From contig CAXBEI010000002.1 of the NCBI GenBank assembly GCA_963974765.1, positions 588,450 to 652,449 on the forward strand: a stretch of DNA of 64,000 nt, read 5' to 3'. Every line of letters begins with the position of its first letter. The stretch's first letter is position 1. The notes under the pieces are model-generated. The model saw only the letters and a program-made list of their open reading frames with translations, was not told where the DNA came from and made no database searches. Position numbers and translations under genes: made by a program. This DNA is from an uncultured Sphingorhabdus sp. GTDB taxonomy: Bacteria > Pseudomonadota > Alphaproteobacteria > Sphingomonadales > Sphingomonadaceae. Shown piece by piece: positions 16,416 to 26,251 of the stretch.

Positions 16416-17054
16416 TTAAGCCGCGTCCTGACTTTCGGGGCGCGGCTTTTCTTCTACCGAAAAGCCGTGCTTCATCAGCATCGGAATATTCGCCATCGCG
16501 AAAATGAACGACGTGGTGGTTACACCCCAGACTTTTACGGTCAGCCACCAGTCGAAGCTGAGCGTTGCGACCATCAGTTCGTTGATCACCGCCATGGCTG
16601 TAAAAAACAGGGCCCAGTTGCGGGAGAGTTTCAGCCAGCCTTCGTCGGACAGACCTTCGAACGCTGCTTGTAGCAGGCTTTTCAGCATCGCTTTGCCGCG
16701 CAGCAACCCGCCGAATAATATGATCGCAAATCCGGCATAAATTATCGTTGGCTTGTGCTGGATGAAACGAGGGTCGTTAAAATAAATGGTGAGCGCACCA
16801 AAACCGAGGATCAGGATCGCCGACATCCACATCATCGGCGAAACCTTGCCCAGTTTCCACTTGGAAACGATCATCGCTACGACAATCGCTATCATGAAGG
16901 CGACTGTGCCGTAGATCGCTGATGTGACCGGGTTGCCTTCGGGAGCCCCGAATTTATATACGAGGAAAAATACCAGCAGCGGCCCGAAATCGAGCGCGAA
17001 GCTGAGACCTCTATGTTCTTTCGGAATTTCTTCAATTGCTGTGGCTTCGGTCAT
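16416..17054 (-). CDS. yciB: Inner membrane-spanning protein YciB (IspZ)
   Basis: DFGPLLVFF, FIQHKPTIIY, WLKLSRNWALFF, WLTVKVWG. Confidence 0.9.
   Translation of the reverse strand: MTEATAIEEIPKEHRGLSFALDFGPLLVFFLVYKFGAPEGNPVTSAIYGTVAFMIAIVVAMIVSKWKLGKVSPMMWMSAILILGFGALTIYFNDPRFIQHKPTIIYAGFAIILFGGLLRGKAMLKSLLQAAFEGLSDEGWLKLSRNWALFFTAMAVINELMVATLSFDWWLTVKVWGVTTTSFIFAMANIPMLMKHGFSVEEKPRPESQDAA
16418..16450 (+). terminator. Intrinsic terminator of sod, overlapping the 3' end of yciB
   Basis: AAGCCGCGTCC-loop-GGGGCGCGGCTTTT. Confidence 0.7.
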
Positions 17055-17980
17055 GTTTCTATCCCGGCTATGGCTGCGGCCAAATCTTCGGCCTTGAACG
17101 GCCTCAAGTCTTCTACGGTTTCACCGATCCCGATCGCGTGAATCGGCAATCCAAATTGTTTTGCTGCTGCCACCAGCACGCCGCCGCGTGCGGTGCCGTC
17201 CAGCTTGGTCATGATCAGTCCCGTGACCTTGGCCACGTCCTGAAACACTTCTATCTGGGACAAGGCATTCTGTCCGGTCGTTGCATCCAGTACCAGCACC
17301 ACATTATGCGGAGCCGCCGGATTGAGCCGACCCAGTACCCGCCGAATCTTGTCCAGTTCGTCCATCAACTCGGTTCGGTTTTGCAACCGACCGGCTGTAT
17401 CGACGATTAACACGTCGATACCGGTCGCTGTCGCCTGCTTCACACCTTCATAGACAATGCTGGCGCTGTCGCCGCCCTGTGGCCCGCTGATAATCGGAAC
17501 GCCCAGTCTCTCGGCCCAGACCTTCAACTGCCCGATGGCCGCTGCGCGGAACGTATCGCCCGCCGCCAGCATAACGCCATAATCCTGTTCGAGAAACAGA
17601 TGGGCAAGCTTGGCAATCGTGGTGGTCTTGCCGGAGCCATTGACCCCGATCACCAGAATTACCTGCGGACGAGGAAAGGCATCGATTTCCAGCGGAATCG
17701 CCACCGGTTCCAATATCGCGGCGATTTCGCGCTGAATGATTTCCTTTACCGCATGCTCGGTCAGGCCTTTTTCAAAACGTTCGACGGCAAGCTTTGCGCG
17801 GATCGAAGCAGCCGTTGCCGGGCCAAGGTCCGACATGATCAGCGCGTCTTCAATCTCGTCGAGCGTAGCCTCGTCCAGCTTGGCCTTGGTAACCAGGCCC
17901 GCCAGATTTTCGGTCAGCCGCGATGATGTCTTGCTGAAGCCGCCAAACAGACGATCTTTCCAACTATTTTTCTCGGTCAC
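17051..17980 (-). CDS. ftsY: Signal recognition particle receptor FtsY
   Basis: GVNGSGKTTT, AAGDTFRAAA, DTAGR, TKLDGTARGG. Confidence 0.97.
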   Translation of the reverse strand: MTEKNSWKDRLFGGFSKTSSRLTENLAGLVTKAKLDEATLDEIEDALIMSDLGPATAASIRAKLAVERFEKGLTEHAVKEIIQREIAAILEPVAIPLEIDAFPRPQVILVIGVNGSGKTTTIAKLAHLFLEQDYGVMLAAGDTFRAAAIGQLKVWAERLGVPIISGPQGGDSASIVYEGVKQATATGIDVLIVDTAGRLQNRTELMDELDKIRRVLGRLNPAAPHNVVLVLDATTGQNALSQIEVFQDVAKVTGLIMTKLDGTARGGVLVAAAKQFGLPIHAIGIGETVEDLRPFKAEDLAAAIAGIET

Positions 17981-19242
17981 GCTAACACCCTGCCAATCAA
18001 TTGCTTGTCCTGAACGTCGATAATCTCGACCGGAACTATCTGACCCTTGTTCGCGGAACCATCAAAGCGAACGCGGGCGAAATTTTCGGAATAGCCGGTA
18101 TCACCGGAGATCTCCGCGAGAATATTCTGCCGGGATCCGACCAGCGAATGTCGCCACGACCGTGCGCGCCGGCTGACTGCCTCCCGCAATATTTTTGCTC
18201 TTTGCTTGATCACCTGACCGTCAACCTGCGGCATTTTCGCTGCCGGCGTGCCCTGCTTCGGCGAATAGGGAAAAATATGACCATGAACAATGTCGCATTG
18301 ATCGATTATCGACAGGCTGTTTGCAAACATGGCCTCATCTTCAGTCGGGAAACCGGCGATGATGTCAGCGCCTATCACTATTTCCGGTCTTTTGGATTTC
18401 AGCCTTTCGACCAGAGCAATCGCCTGGTCCCGGCTGTGCCGCCGCTTCATCCGCTTGAGGATCATATTGTCGCCCGACTGGAGCGACAAATGCACATGCG
18501 GCATGAGCCGCGCTTCTCCGGTGAGCAGGTCGAACAACCGGTCATCAATCTCGATACCATCGAGCGAGGAGAGCCTCAGCCGCGGTAGCTCGGGGACATG
18601 TTTCAATATCCGTTCGATCAACATGCCCAGGGTCGGCTCGCCGGGCAGGTCGGGGCCATAGCTGGTAACATCCACGCCGGTCAGCACAACTTCCTGAAAG
18701 CCCTTGTCGACCAAAGCCTGCACCTGTTCGACGATCAGGCCCGCCGGCACTGACCGGCTGTTACCACGGCCAAAGGGGATGATACAAAAAGTACAGCGAT
18801 GATCGCAGCCATTCTGGATCTCGACAAAGGCGCGGGACCTGTCGGCGAAAGAACTGACCATATGCGGAGCGGTTTCGGTGATCCGCATGATATCGGAAAC
18901 CCGGATATCGGGACGGTTGCTTTGCAGGCCGAGCTTGAAATTGGCTGCGTCATATTTGTCGGAATTGCCCACGACCGCGCTGGTTTCAGGCATATCCGCG
19001 AACATTGCCGGATCGACCTGAGCGGCACAGCCCGTGACGATGATATTCTTTTCCGGATTGTCTTTCTTTGCCCGTCGTATCGCTTGCCGGGTCTGCCGGA
19101 CCGCTTCGTTGGTCACGGCACAGCTGTTGACGATGATCAGATTGTCACCGTCGATATTGTTTGCCGCCAGATTCTGCCGCAACGTCTCGCTCTCGGCGAT
19201 GTTGAGCCGGCATCCCATGCTGATCATTTCCGGAGCGTTCAT
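17977..19242 (-). CDS. mtaB: tRNA t6A37 methylthiotransferase MtaB (radical SAM)
   Basis: MGCRLNIAESE, VNSCAVT, VTGCAAQ, radical SAM motif GCDHRCTFCIIP, HIFPYSPKQGTPAA. Confidence 0.9.
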   Translation of the reverse strand: MNAPEMISMGCRLNIAESETLRQNLAANNIDGDNLIIVNSCAVTNEAVRQTRQAIRRAKKDNPEKNIIVTGCAAQVDPAMFADMPETSAVVGNSDKYDAANFKLGLQSNRPDIRVSDIMRITETAPHMVSSFADRSRAFVEIQNGCDHRCTFCIIPFGRGNSRSVPAGLIVEQVQALVDKGFQEVVLTGVDVTSYGPDLPGEPTLGMLIERILKHVPELPRLRLSSLDGIEIDDRLFDLLTGEARLMPHVHLSLQSGDNMILKRMKRRHSRDQAIALVERLKSKRPEIVIGADIIAGFPTEDEAMFANSLSIIDQCDIVHGHIFPYSPKQGTPAAKMPQVDGQVIKQRAKILREAVSRRARSWRHSLVGSRQNILAEISGDTGYSENFARVRFDGSANKGQIVPVEIIDVQDKQLIGRVLA

Positions 19243-20045
19243 CCGAACTGGGTCCAGTCTGCTTCGCCGGAATAGACATAGGCAGTTGGACCCTGCATCT
19301 GGATATTCTCGCCGTCTTTCCAGCTGATCACCAGTGATCCGCCCGGCAAATCGACCTGCACGGGGCTGCTGACCAGACCGCGCTTGATGGCGGCGACCGC
19401 GGTGGCGCAGGCTCCGGTACCGCAAGCACGAGTGAGGCCCACGCCCCGCTCCCAGACACGTAAATGGATCGTGCCATCTCTGATATGCGCCACATTGACG
19501 TTCACCTTTTCGGGGAACAGCGGATCGACCTCGATCATCGGGCCCAGCCGATCCAGCTCGACGATATCGCTGTCTTCGACAAAGAAGATTACATGCGGAT
19601 TGCCGACATTGACGGCGGCAGGATTTTGCAAATCCTCCCAGCCAAGCGGCATGTTGAGCGTATCCATGGCATAGGCGAGGGGGATGGACTGCCACTCGAA
19701 ACGGGGCTTGCCCATGTCGACGATGGCGCCGTCCTCAGTCGCGCTGCCGATAATGATGCCGCCGGCGGTTTCAATCCGGGTTTCATCGCCGATCAGTTTT
19801 GCGACGCAGCGGGAGGCATTGCCACAGGCTTCGACCTCGCTGCCGTCCGCGTTATAGATCTGCATCCTGACGTCGGCTTTGTCGGATGGGCGCAGGATGA
19901 TCAGTTGGTCGCAGCCAATCCCGCTGCGCCGGTCCGCAATAGCGGTCGCTTTCGCGCTGGACAGTTCCATTTCTTCTTCGCGCGCATCGATGATGACAAA
20001 ATCATTGCCCAATCCGTGCATTTTGTGGAAGCGTCCTGTGGTCAT
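19239..20045 (-). CDS. dapF: Diaminopimelate epimerase
   Basis: KMHGLGNDF, GIGCDQ, EACGNASRC, VGNPH, ERGVGLTRACGTGA. Confidence 0.97.
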   Translation of the reverse strand: MTTGRFHKMHGLGNDFVIIDAREEEMELSSAKATAIADRRSGIGCDQLIILRPSDKADVRMQIYNADGSEVEACGNASRCVAKLIGDETRIETAGGIIIGSATEDGAIVDMGKPRFEWQSIPLAYAMDTLNMPLGWEDLQNPAAVNVGNPHVIFFVEDSDIVELDRLGPMIEVDPLFPEKVNVNVAHIRDGTIHLRVWERGVGLTRACGTGACATAVAAIKRGLVSSPVQVDLPGGSLVISWKDGENIQMQGPTAYVYSGEADWTQFG

Positions 20046-20116
20046 GACTGGCGATTTAGGGATGCCGTTCGCGGGAGTCCAGCAATTCGGCTCGCAATTG
20101 CTTGCGGCAAGCAGGT

Positions 20117-21790
20117 CTAACTTGCTTTCTGCATGAGATCTTTTTCAATGGAGGAGGGCCCCGGGTCGGCTTGAAGAGCCGCCGCGTCTTCCAGATCGCC
20201 GGCTTGCAGCAAATTGCGTTTTGCCAGCATCTTCCGTGTCTCCAGAAAGGTCAAGGGGCGTCCGTAATGCCAGCCTTGACCCTGAGCGCAGCCGATGCTG
20301 CGCAGTTCGTTCTCGGTATCCTTGTCTTCGATGCCTTCTGCAGTGATCGGCAGGCCGAGGCTCTCGCCAAGGCCGTTGATTGCTTTCACGATAGCCTTGC
20401 TTTCCGGGTTAGCGAGAAGCGATGAAACAAAGCTGCGATCGATTTTTATCCGGTCAAACGGCAATGCGCGCAGATGTGCGAGAGAACTGTAGCCGGTACC
20501 GAAATCGTCCAATGCGATTCTAATGTCCTGATTTTTCAAGCTGCCGACGATGGATTGCGCCAGGCTGAGATTTTCAAACAGTGCGCTCTCGGTGATTTCG
20601 ATTTCCAGACGGCTTGGCGGAAATCCGGTTTCGACGAGCAATTTGACAATTTTTTGTGCCAGCCACGGATCGAGCAACTGGACCGGTGAAATATTGACGG
20701 AGATCGTCAGGCCCGCGTCCCAATATTTTGCATGGTTGAACGCCTGCCGCATGATGCTGAGCGAGAGATCGCCGATCATGCCGGTTTCTTCGGCAATCGG
20801 GATGAATATTTCGGGAGAGATCAATCCCTGTGTCGGAGATTCCCAACGGGCAAGAACCTCAAAACCGGTCAATTTGCCGGTTGCGAGATCTATCTGCTGC
20901 TCGAAATAGGGTGCAAATTCCCCGTTGGGTATGCCCATTCGCATACCTGTTTCCAGTAAACTCCGCGTCTGCAGTTCCTTTTCCATGTTCGCATCAAACC
21001 AGCAATGGCGGTTTCGGCCCTGCTTTTTCGAGCTGTACATGGCAATGTCGGCGCGGCGCATCAGCAGATCGACGCCTTCCGACTCTGAATCATATCGCGA
21101 CATGCCGATGGAAGTGGTCACAACAAGCTGATTGCCATTTTCGACGATTGGTGTTGCGATAGCTTCTATGAGATCGTCGGCAATCCGTTCGACCATTTTC
21201 GGCTGTTCGGGATCAAAAACAAATGCGCAGGCAAATTCGTCGCCACCAAGGCGGGCGAGCAGATTATGGGGTGGCAAGACTTGCTGAAGGCGGGCTGCCA
21301 CCTGTTTTAGCACGGCATCGCCGGCGCTGTGGCCGTGCACGTCGTTGATGGTTTTGAAATTGTCGAGATCGAGCATCATGACTGTGATGCTTTTTTGTTG
21401 CCGCTGCGCGAGGCTGATCATCTCAGCTGTTTTTTCACCAATCGTACGACGATTCAGCAAGCCGGTGAGTGGATCGGTAACGGCAAGAGAGTGGGCAAGC
21501 TGTTCGGCAGCGGCCCGTTCTTCAACTTCCTTGGTCAGATCGTTGTAACGGCGCCAGCCGAACAGAATCAGGGCAATATTCAGCAGAAATGCGGAGACCA
21601 GCACGTTGTCAGCGGCTCTGGCCTGACCGGTAATGGAGTCGATGGCATCGGACAGCACCGTGCCGCCGGTGCCGGCAAACATGAGTATCGCCAGAATGAC
21701 GATGATGCCGGTCACAACATCACGGCCAACGGATATCTTATACCCGTTTTTCATCACCCTGAGATGTTGGTCGGCTGCTGGTCGAGCCAT
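20117..21790 (-). CDS. Membrane-anchored GGDEF-EAL protein (diguanylate cyclase/phosphodiesterase)
   Basis: Two TM segments, DPLTGLLNR, DLDNFK, RLGGDEF (no RxxD I-site), FEVLARW, DDFGTGYSSL, IKIDRSF. Confidence 0.93.
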   Translation of the reverse strand: MARPAADQHLRVMKNGYKISVGRDVVTGIIVILAILMFAGTGGTVLSDAIDSITGQARAADNVLVSAFLLNIALILFGWRRYNDLTKEVEERAAAEQLAHSLAVTDPLTGLLNRRTIGEKTAEMISLAQRQQKSITVMMLDLDNFKTINDVHGHSAGDAVLKQVAARLQQVLPPHNLLARLGGDEFACAFVFDPEQPKMVERIADDLIEAIATPIVENGNQLVVTTSIGMSRYDSESEGVDLLMRRADIAMYSSKKQGRNRHCWFDANMEKELQTRSLLETGMRMGIPNGEFAPYFEQQIDLATGKLTGFEVLARWESPTQGLISPEIFIPIAEETGMIGDLSLSIMRQAFNHAKYWDAGLTISVNISPVQLLDPWLAQKIVKLLVETGFPPSRLEIEITESALFENLSLAQSIVGSLKNQDIRIALDDFGTGYSSLAHLRALPFDRIKIDRSFVSSLLANPESKAIVKAINGLGESLGLPITAEGIEDKDTENELRSIGCAQGQGWHYGRPLTFLETRKMLAKRNLLQAGDLEDAAALQADPGPSSIEKDLMQKAS

Positions 21791-22048
21791 AGTTGTTTTC
21801 CCGCTGTTGCCGGAAGCTTTTGCCCAACACTTCTCAATTTCTGGTTAACAATCGTTCATATTTGTGAAAAATCCGGGCTTGCGAAATCGGCGGAACTGCA
21901 CTAATAGGCTGCCAAGTCAGGCAATGCTTGTATTGCCAATCCAGTTTAGAGTTCGAAAAACTCACACGTCGGTCAGCGAGGTTTCGCCCACCGGCGCTTT
22001 TTGCGTTGGCCTGAATTCGGGCTGTTTTGAAGAAGGAAAGGCGGTAAC

Positions 22049-23503
22049 ATGTTTGATAAGTTAAGCGATCGCCTTGGCGGAGTCTTCGACAAGCTGCGCG
22101 GGCGCGGTGCGCTCAGGGAAGAAGATGTTCGCGGCGCTATGCGCGAAGTGCGGATCGCCTTGCTCGAAGCCGATGTCGCGCTCCCCGTCGTCAAGGATTT
22201 CGTTGAAAAGGTAACCGAAAAGGCCGTTGGCCAATCGGTTCTGAAATCAGTGACCCCCGGCCAGCAAGTGGTCAAGATCGTCAATGACGGTATTGCCGAA
22301 ATGCTGGGCTCTGAGGTCAGCGCGCTTGAACTCTCCGTCGCGCCGCCTGCCATCATCATGATGGTCGGTCTGCAGGGCTCCGGTAAAACGACCACCACCG
22401 CCAAAATTGCCAAGCGGCTTAAAGACAAAGAGAACAAGAAGGTCATGATGGCCTCGCTTGACGTCAATCGCCCGGCTGCACAGGAACAATTGGCTGTATT
22501 GGGCGAGCAGATTGGTGCCGCCACCTTGCCGATTGTTACAGGTCAGCAACCGGTCGAGATTGCCCGTCGCGCTCTGCAAGCCGCCAAATTGCAAGGCTTT
22601 GACGTATTGCTTCTGGATACCGCCGGTCGGCTCCACGTCGATCAGCAATTGATGGACGAGATGAAGGCCGTCGCCGATATCTCGCAGCCACAGGAAATCC
22701 TGCTGGTTGTCGACGCGCTAACTGGCCAGGATGCCGTCAATGTTGCACAGAATTTCTCCGATCAGGTCCCGCTGACCGGTGTCGTACTTACCCGCATGGA
22801 CGGTGATGCACGTGGCGGCGCGGCCCTGTCGATGCGCGCGGTTACCGGCAAGCCGATCAAATTTGTCGGTGTCGGCGAAAAGATCGATGCATTGGAAGAA
22901 TTCCACCCCGAACGCGTTGCGGGCCGAATATTGGGCATGGGCGACGTCGTCAGTCTGGTCGAAAAAGCGGCCCAGGTTGTCGACAAGGAAGAATCCGAAG
23001 CGCTTGCAGAGAAGATGCTCAAGGGGCAGTTCGATCTTAACGATCTGCGCTCCCAGCTCAATCAGATGACCAAAATGGGTGGTCTCGGTGCAATGGCATC
23101 GATGATGCCGGGCATGAAAAAAGCCAAGGCAGCAATGGCTGGCGGAGCGATGGACGACAAGGTTCTGGTCCGCATGGATGCCATCATTGGCTCGATGACC
23201 AGGGAAGAGCGGACACGGCCCGGACTGCTCAATGCCAAGCGCAAACGGCGGGTCGCTATTGGCTCCGGCACCACGGTGCAGGACGTCAACAAGCTGCTCA
23301 AGATGCATCAGGAAATGGCCAAGGCGATGAAGCGCATCAAGAAGATGGGTGGAATCAAGGGGCTGATGTCGATGTTCGGTGGAGGCGGCGGAGCCGCTGG
23401 CGCCGGAATGGGCGGTCAGGGCGGCGGCATGCCCGGCCTTCCCGATATGTCCTCGGGTGGCCTTCCTCCTGATCTGGCAAATTTATTGAATAAGAAGAAA
23501 TAG
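22049..23503 (+). CDS. ffh: Signal recognition particle protein Ffh
   Basis: [31 protein letters not shown], Met-rich M domain. Confidence 0.98.
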   Translation: MFDKLSDRLGGVFDKLRGRGALREEDVRGAMREVRIALLEADVALPVVKDFVEKVTEKAVGQSVLKSVTPGQQVVKIVNDGIAEMLGSEVSALELSVAPPAIIMMVGLQGSGKTTTTAKIAKRLKDKENKKVMMASLDVNRPAAQEQLAVLGEQIGAATLPIVTGQQPVEIARRALQAAKLQGFDVLLLDTAGRLHVDQQLMDEMKAVADISQPQEILLVVDALTGQDAVNVAQNFSDQVPLTGVVLTRMDGDARGGAALSMRAVTGKPIKFVGVGEKIDALEEFHPERVAGRILGMGDVVSLVEKAAQVVDKEESEALAEKMLKGQFDLNDLRSQLNQMTKMGGLGAMASMMPGMKKAKAAMAGGAMDDKVLVRMDAIIGSMTREERTRPGLLNAKRKRRVAIGSGTTVQDVNKLLKMHQEMAKAMKRIKKMGGIKGLMSMFGGGGGAAGAGMGGQGGGMPGLPDMSSGGLPPDLANLLNKKK

Positions 23504-23547
23504 TCGTAACAATTAGAATTTTTGTATTTTTAGAAAGGTTTATTACA

Positions 23548-24012
23548 ATGGCAGTAGCAATGAGAATGTCCCGCGGCGGATCCAAGAAACGCCCTTATTA
23601 CAAGATCGTTATCGCTGACGTCCGCGCACCACGCGACGGCAAGTTCATCGAACGGATCGGCAGCTACAACCCGCTGCTCGCAAAAGATGACGAGAAGCGC
23701 GTTGTTCTCGACACCGAGCGTGCGAAACATTGGCTTGAAATGGGCGCGCAGCCTTCCGACCGCGTTGCTCGTTTCCTGGACGTAGCCGGTCTGATGAAGC
23801 GCGAAGCGCGCAACAATCCGAACAAGGGCAAGCCAGGCGAGAAAGCCACCGAGCGTGTTGAAGAGAAAGCTGAAAAAGCGGCTGCTGCTGAAGAAGCAGC
23901 GAAAGAAGCTGCTGCGGCTCCTGCGCCGGTTGAAGAAGCTCCGGCTGAAGAAGCTGCTGCCGAAACATCCGCTGCTGAAGAAGCCAAGGCTGAAGACAAA
24001 GCCGAAGGTTAA
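23548..24012 (+). CDS. rpsP: 30S ribosomal protein S16 with Ala/Glu-rich tail
   Basis: [37 protein letters not shown]. Confidence 0.97.
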   Translation: MAVAMRMSRGGSKKRPYYKIVIADVRAPRDGKFIERIGSYNPLLAKDDEKRVVLDTERAKHWLEMGAQPSDRVARFLDVAGLMKREARNNPNKGKPGEKATERVEEKAEKAAAAEEAAKEAAAAPAPVEEAPAEEAAAETSAAEEAKAEDKAEG

Positions 24013-24027
24013 TCGACCAATGATAAC

Positions 24028-24075
24028 GCGCACCGTTCTTCCCGACTTTGTCGAAGAGGAACGGTGCGCTTTTTT
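24028..24075 (+). terminator. Intrinsic terminator between rpsP and rimM
   Basis: Perfect 11-bp stem GCGCACCGTTC/GAACGGTGCGC followed by TTTTTT. Confidence 0.75.
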
Positions 24076-24123
24076 GTGGTCGGCCTGTCATCATCACAGG
24101 CTCGGCCCGATCGGAATTGATCA

Positions 24124-24606
24124 ATGACCCCGGACAAACCCGTCCCGCTCGCCGTCATCATCGGCGCTCACGGGATCGCTGGCGAGGTCCGGCTCAAGCT
24201 ATTCTGTGACAGTATAGACAGCCTGGCTGTGCACAAGGATTTCAATGGCGGCGCGTTGACGCTGAAATCCGTCAAACCCCATAAGATGGGTGCAATTGCA
24301 AGGATTGCCGAAATCACCGACCGCAACGGCGCTGAAGCGGCCCGCGGCACCGAACTCACCGTCCCGCGCTCCGCCTTGCCGGAACTGGACGAGGATGAAT
24401 TTTACCATATCGACATCATCGGCTTGCGCTGCGTCTCCGATACCGGCGAGGAACTGGGCAAGATATTCGCCATCTACGAATTTGGCGCCGGCGATGTCAT
24501 CGAGATAGAACGGGCAAATGGCAAAAAGTTCATGGTTCCGGTGATCGCGATTGATATGCGGAATGATCCGGCAATCGTACAGGCCGATTTTGTCGAGCCG
24601 CAATGA
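24124..24606 (+). CDS. rimM: 16S rRNA processing protein RimM
   Basis: GAHGIAGEVRL, DRNGAEA, DEFYHIDIIG, FGAGDVIEI. Confidence 0.95.
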   Translation: MTPDKPVPLAVIIGAHGIAGEVRLKLFCDSIDSLAVHKDFNGGALTLKSVKPHKMGAIARIAEITDRNGAEAARGTELTVPRSALPELDEDEFYHIDIIGLRCVSDTGEELGKIFAIYEFGAGDVIEIERANGKKFMVPVIAIDMRNDPAIVQADFVEPQ

Positions 24607-24917
24607 TCCTGATTGTCATCATTTTCCTGATAGCAGGGCTGACCATAGCGATTATAGAAATTGCGAAACGGCTCAAGCCCGAAATAAGCCTCGCGTGGCT
24701 GCCATTCTGGGCCAGTCTTCCGATACCCGGATTGCTTGTGCTATATTGGCTATTCAACCTTTGGTGGCTGCAATCTGCTAACTGCCTGGATGGTCAGGTT
24801 TGTGGCCGGGAAGGCATCATGTACATGTCGGTTGGCGCTGCCGTCGGTATGTTTGGCAGTTTCTTCGTCGGCATGACAACGGCGATATTGTGGATAAACT
24901 GGCGCAAGAAGAAATGA
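24603..24917 (+). CDS. Hypothetical three-TM membrane protein between rimM and trmD
   Basis: 104-aa ORF overlapping the rimM stop and the trmD start by 4 nt each (ATGA junctions). Confidence 0.7.
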   Translation: MILIVIIFLIAGLTIAIIEIAKRLKPEISLAWLPFWASLPIPGLLVLYWLFNLWWLQSANCLDGQVCGREGIMYMSVGAAVGMFGSFFVGMTTAILWINWRKKK

Positions 24918-25774
24918 CCTTCACCGCCCAGATCCTGACCCTCTACCCGGAAATGTTTCCCGGACCGCTCGGCACGTCGCTGGCGGGCAGGGCGATGGCG
25001 GAGGGGAAGTGGACCTGTGACCCGATAAACCCCCGCGATTTTACCACCGACAAGCATCGCAGCGTCGATGACACGCCAGCGGGTGGAGGTGCGGGTATGG
25101 TGCTCAGGGCTGACATCATGGCCGCAGCGGTGGATCATGCGGTGGCCCGGATGGCAGAAACGATCGCGGCACAAAACTCCGTTCGTCCTGAGCCTGTCGA
25201 AGGACCTGGTGCCGAGCAAAGCGATGCCTCGACAACCCCGGATCAAGTCCGGGGACGAACGGTTGTGCCCGAAAAAACTCCCATCCTCGCCATGACCCCG
25301 CGCGGAAAGCCGCTGACACAGGCGCGTGTCCGCGAAATTGCCTCCGGTCCCGGCGTCACCATAATCTGCGGCCGTTTCGAAGGATTTGACGAGCGCCTGT
25401 TCGATGCCCGCGATATCGAGGAAGTCTCGATCGGCGACTATGTGCTTTCCGGCGGAGAAATGGGCGCTCTGGTGCTTTTAGACGCTTGCATTCGGCTGCT
25501 TCCCGGGGTAATGGGCGCGTCTTCTAGCGGAGATGACGAGAGTTTCGAGCACGGAATACTCGAATATCCGCAATATACCCGACCTCAAATATGGGAAGGG
25601 CGCATAATCCCTGAAGTCTTGCGATCGGGGGATCATGCGAAAATAGCTGCTTGGCGGAAACAAAGGGCAGAGGAAGATACACGGCTAAGGCGGCCGGATT
25701 TATGGGAGCGTCACAGGGACACTCCGGATCAGTCGCCCTCTGGTGCGCAGGAAAAAGATAAAGATAAGGAATAG
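24914..25774 (+). CDS. trmD: tRNA (guanine-N1)-methyltransferase TrmD with an in-frame repeat insertion
   Basis: [61 protein letters not shown]. Confidence 0.96.
   Translation: MTFTAQILTLYPEMFPGPLGTSLAGRAMAEGKWTCDPINPRDFTTDKHRSVDDTPAGGGAGMVLRADIMAAAVDHAVARMAETIAAQNSVRPEPVEGPGAEQSDASTTPDQVRGRTVVPEKTPILAMTPRGKPLTQARVREIASGPGVTIICGRFEGFDERLFDARDIEEVSIGDYVLSGGEMGALVLLDACIRLLPGVMGASSSGDDESFEHGILEYPQYTRPQIWEGRIIPEVLRSGDHAKIAAWRKQRAEEDTRLRRPDLWERHRDTPDQSPSGAQEKDKDKE
25179..25262. mobile_element. 84-bp palindromic element (REP/MITE-like) inserted in frame in trmD
   Basis: Perfect 10-bp terminal inverted repeat CCGTTCGTCC/GGACGAACGG, internal CCCCGGATCAAGTCCGGGG hairpin, related to 10540-10612. Confidence 0.8.
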
Positions 25775-25777
25775 GTC

Positions 25778-26167
25778 ATGAACCTGATTCAAACACTCGA
25801 AAAAGAAGCCGTAGACGCATTTATCGCGTCGAAAGAAATCCCCGAATTCCGTGCTGGTGATACAGTGCGTATCGGTGTTCGCGTCGTTGAAGGCGAGCGC
25901 GTTCGTACCCAGAATTTCGAAGGTGTGTGCATCGCACGGACCAATCGCGGCATGGGCTCCAACTTCACCGTGCGCAAAATGTCGTTCGGCGAAGGCGTTG
26001 AGCGTGTGTTCCCGCTTTACTCTCCTAACATCGACAGCATCACCGTGGTTCGCCGCGGTATCGTGCGTCGTGCGAAACTTTACTATCTGCGTGGGCGGAC
26101 TGGTAAACGGGCCCGTATTGCGGAACGCCGTTTGAACCAGCCTGCGAAAGGCACAGAAGCAAAATAG
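25778..26167 (+). CDS. rplS: 50S ribosomal protein L19
   Basis: [48 protein letters not shown]. Confidence 0.98.
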   Translation: MNLIQTLEKEAVDAFIASKEIPEFRAGDTVRIGVRVVEGERVRTQNFEGVCIARTNRGMGSNFTVRKMSFGEGVERVFPLYSPNIDSITVVRRGIVRRAKLYYLRGRTGKRARIAERRLNQPAKGTEAK

Positions 26168-26188
26168 ACTTCGCTTCATCAAAGTTTC

Positions 26189-26228
26189 AAACAGCCGGTT
26201 CTCCATCCAAGGATAACCGGCTGTTTTA
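26189..26228 (+). terminator. Intrinsic terminator after rplS
   Basis: AAACAGCCGGTT-loop-AACCGGCTGTTT followed by T. Confidence 0.75.
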
Positions 26229-26251
26229 ATATCAGGAACAGGAAAAGTTTC

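Noticed and set aside
19243-19695. Long N-terminal extension of mtaB
   Set aside because: It overlaps dapF on the same strand; MtaB homology starts at MNAPEMISMGCRLN.
21843-21860. Possible CtrA site (TTAAC) upstream of the GGDEF-EAL gene
   Set aside because: Only a half-site; the TTAA-N7-TTAA spacing is not satisfied.
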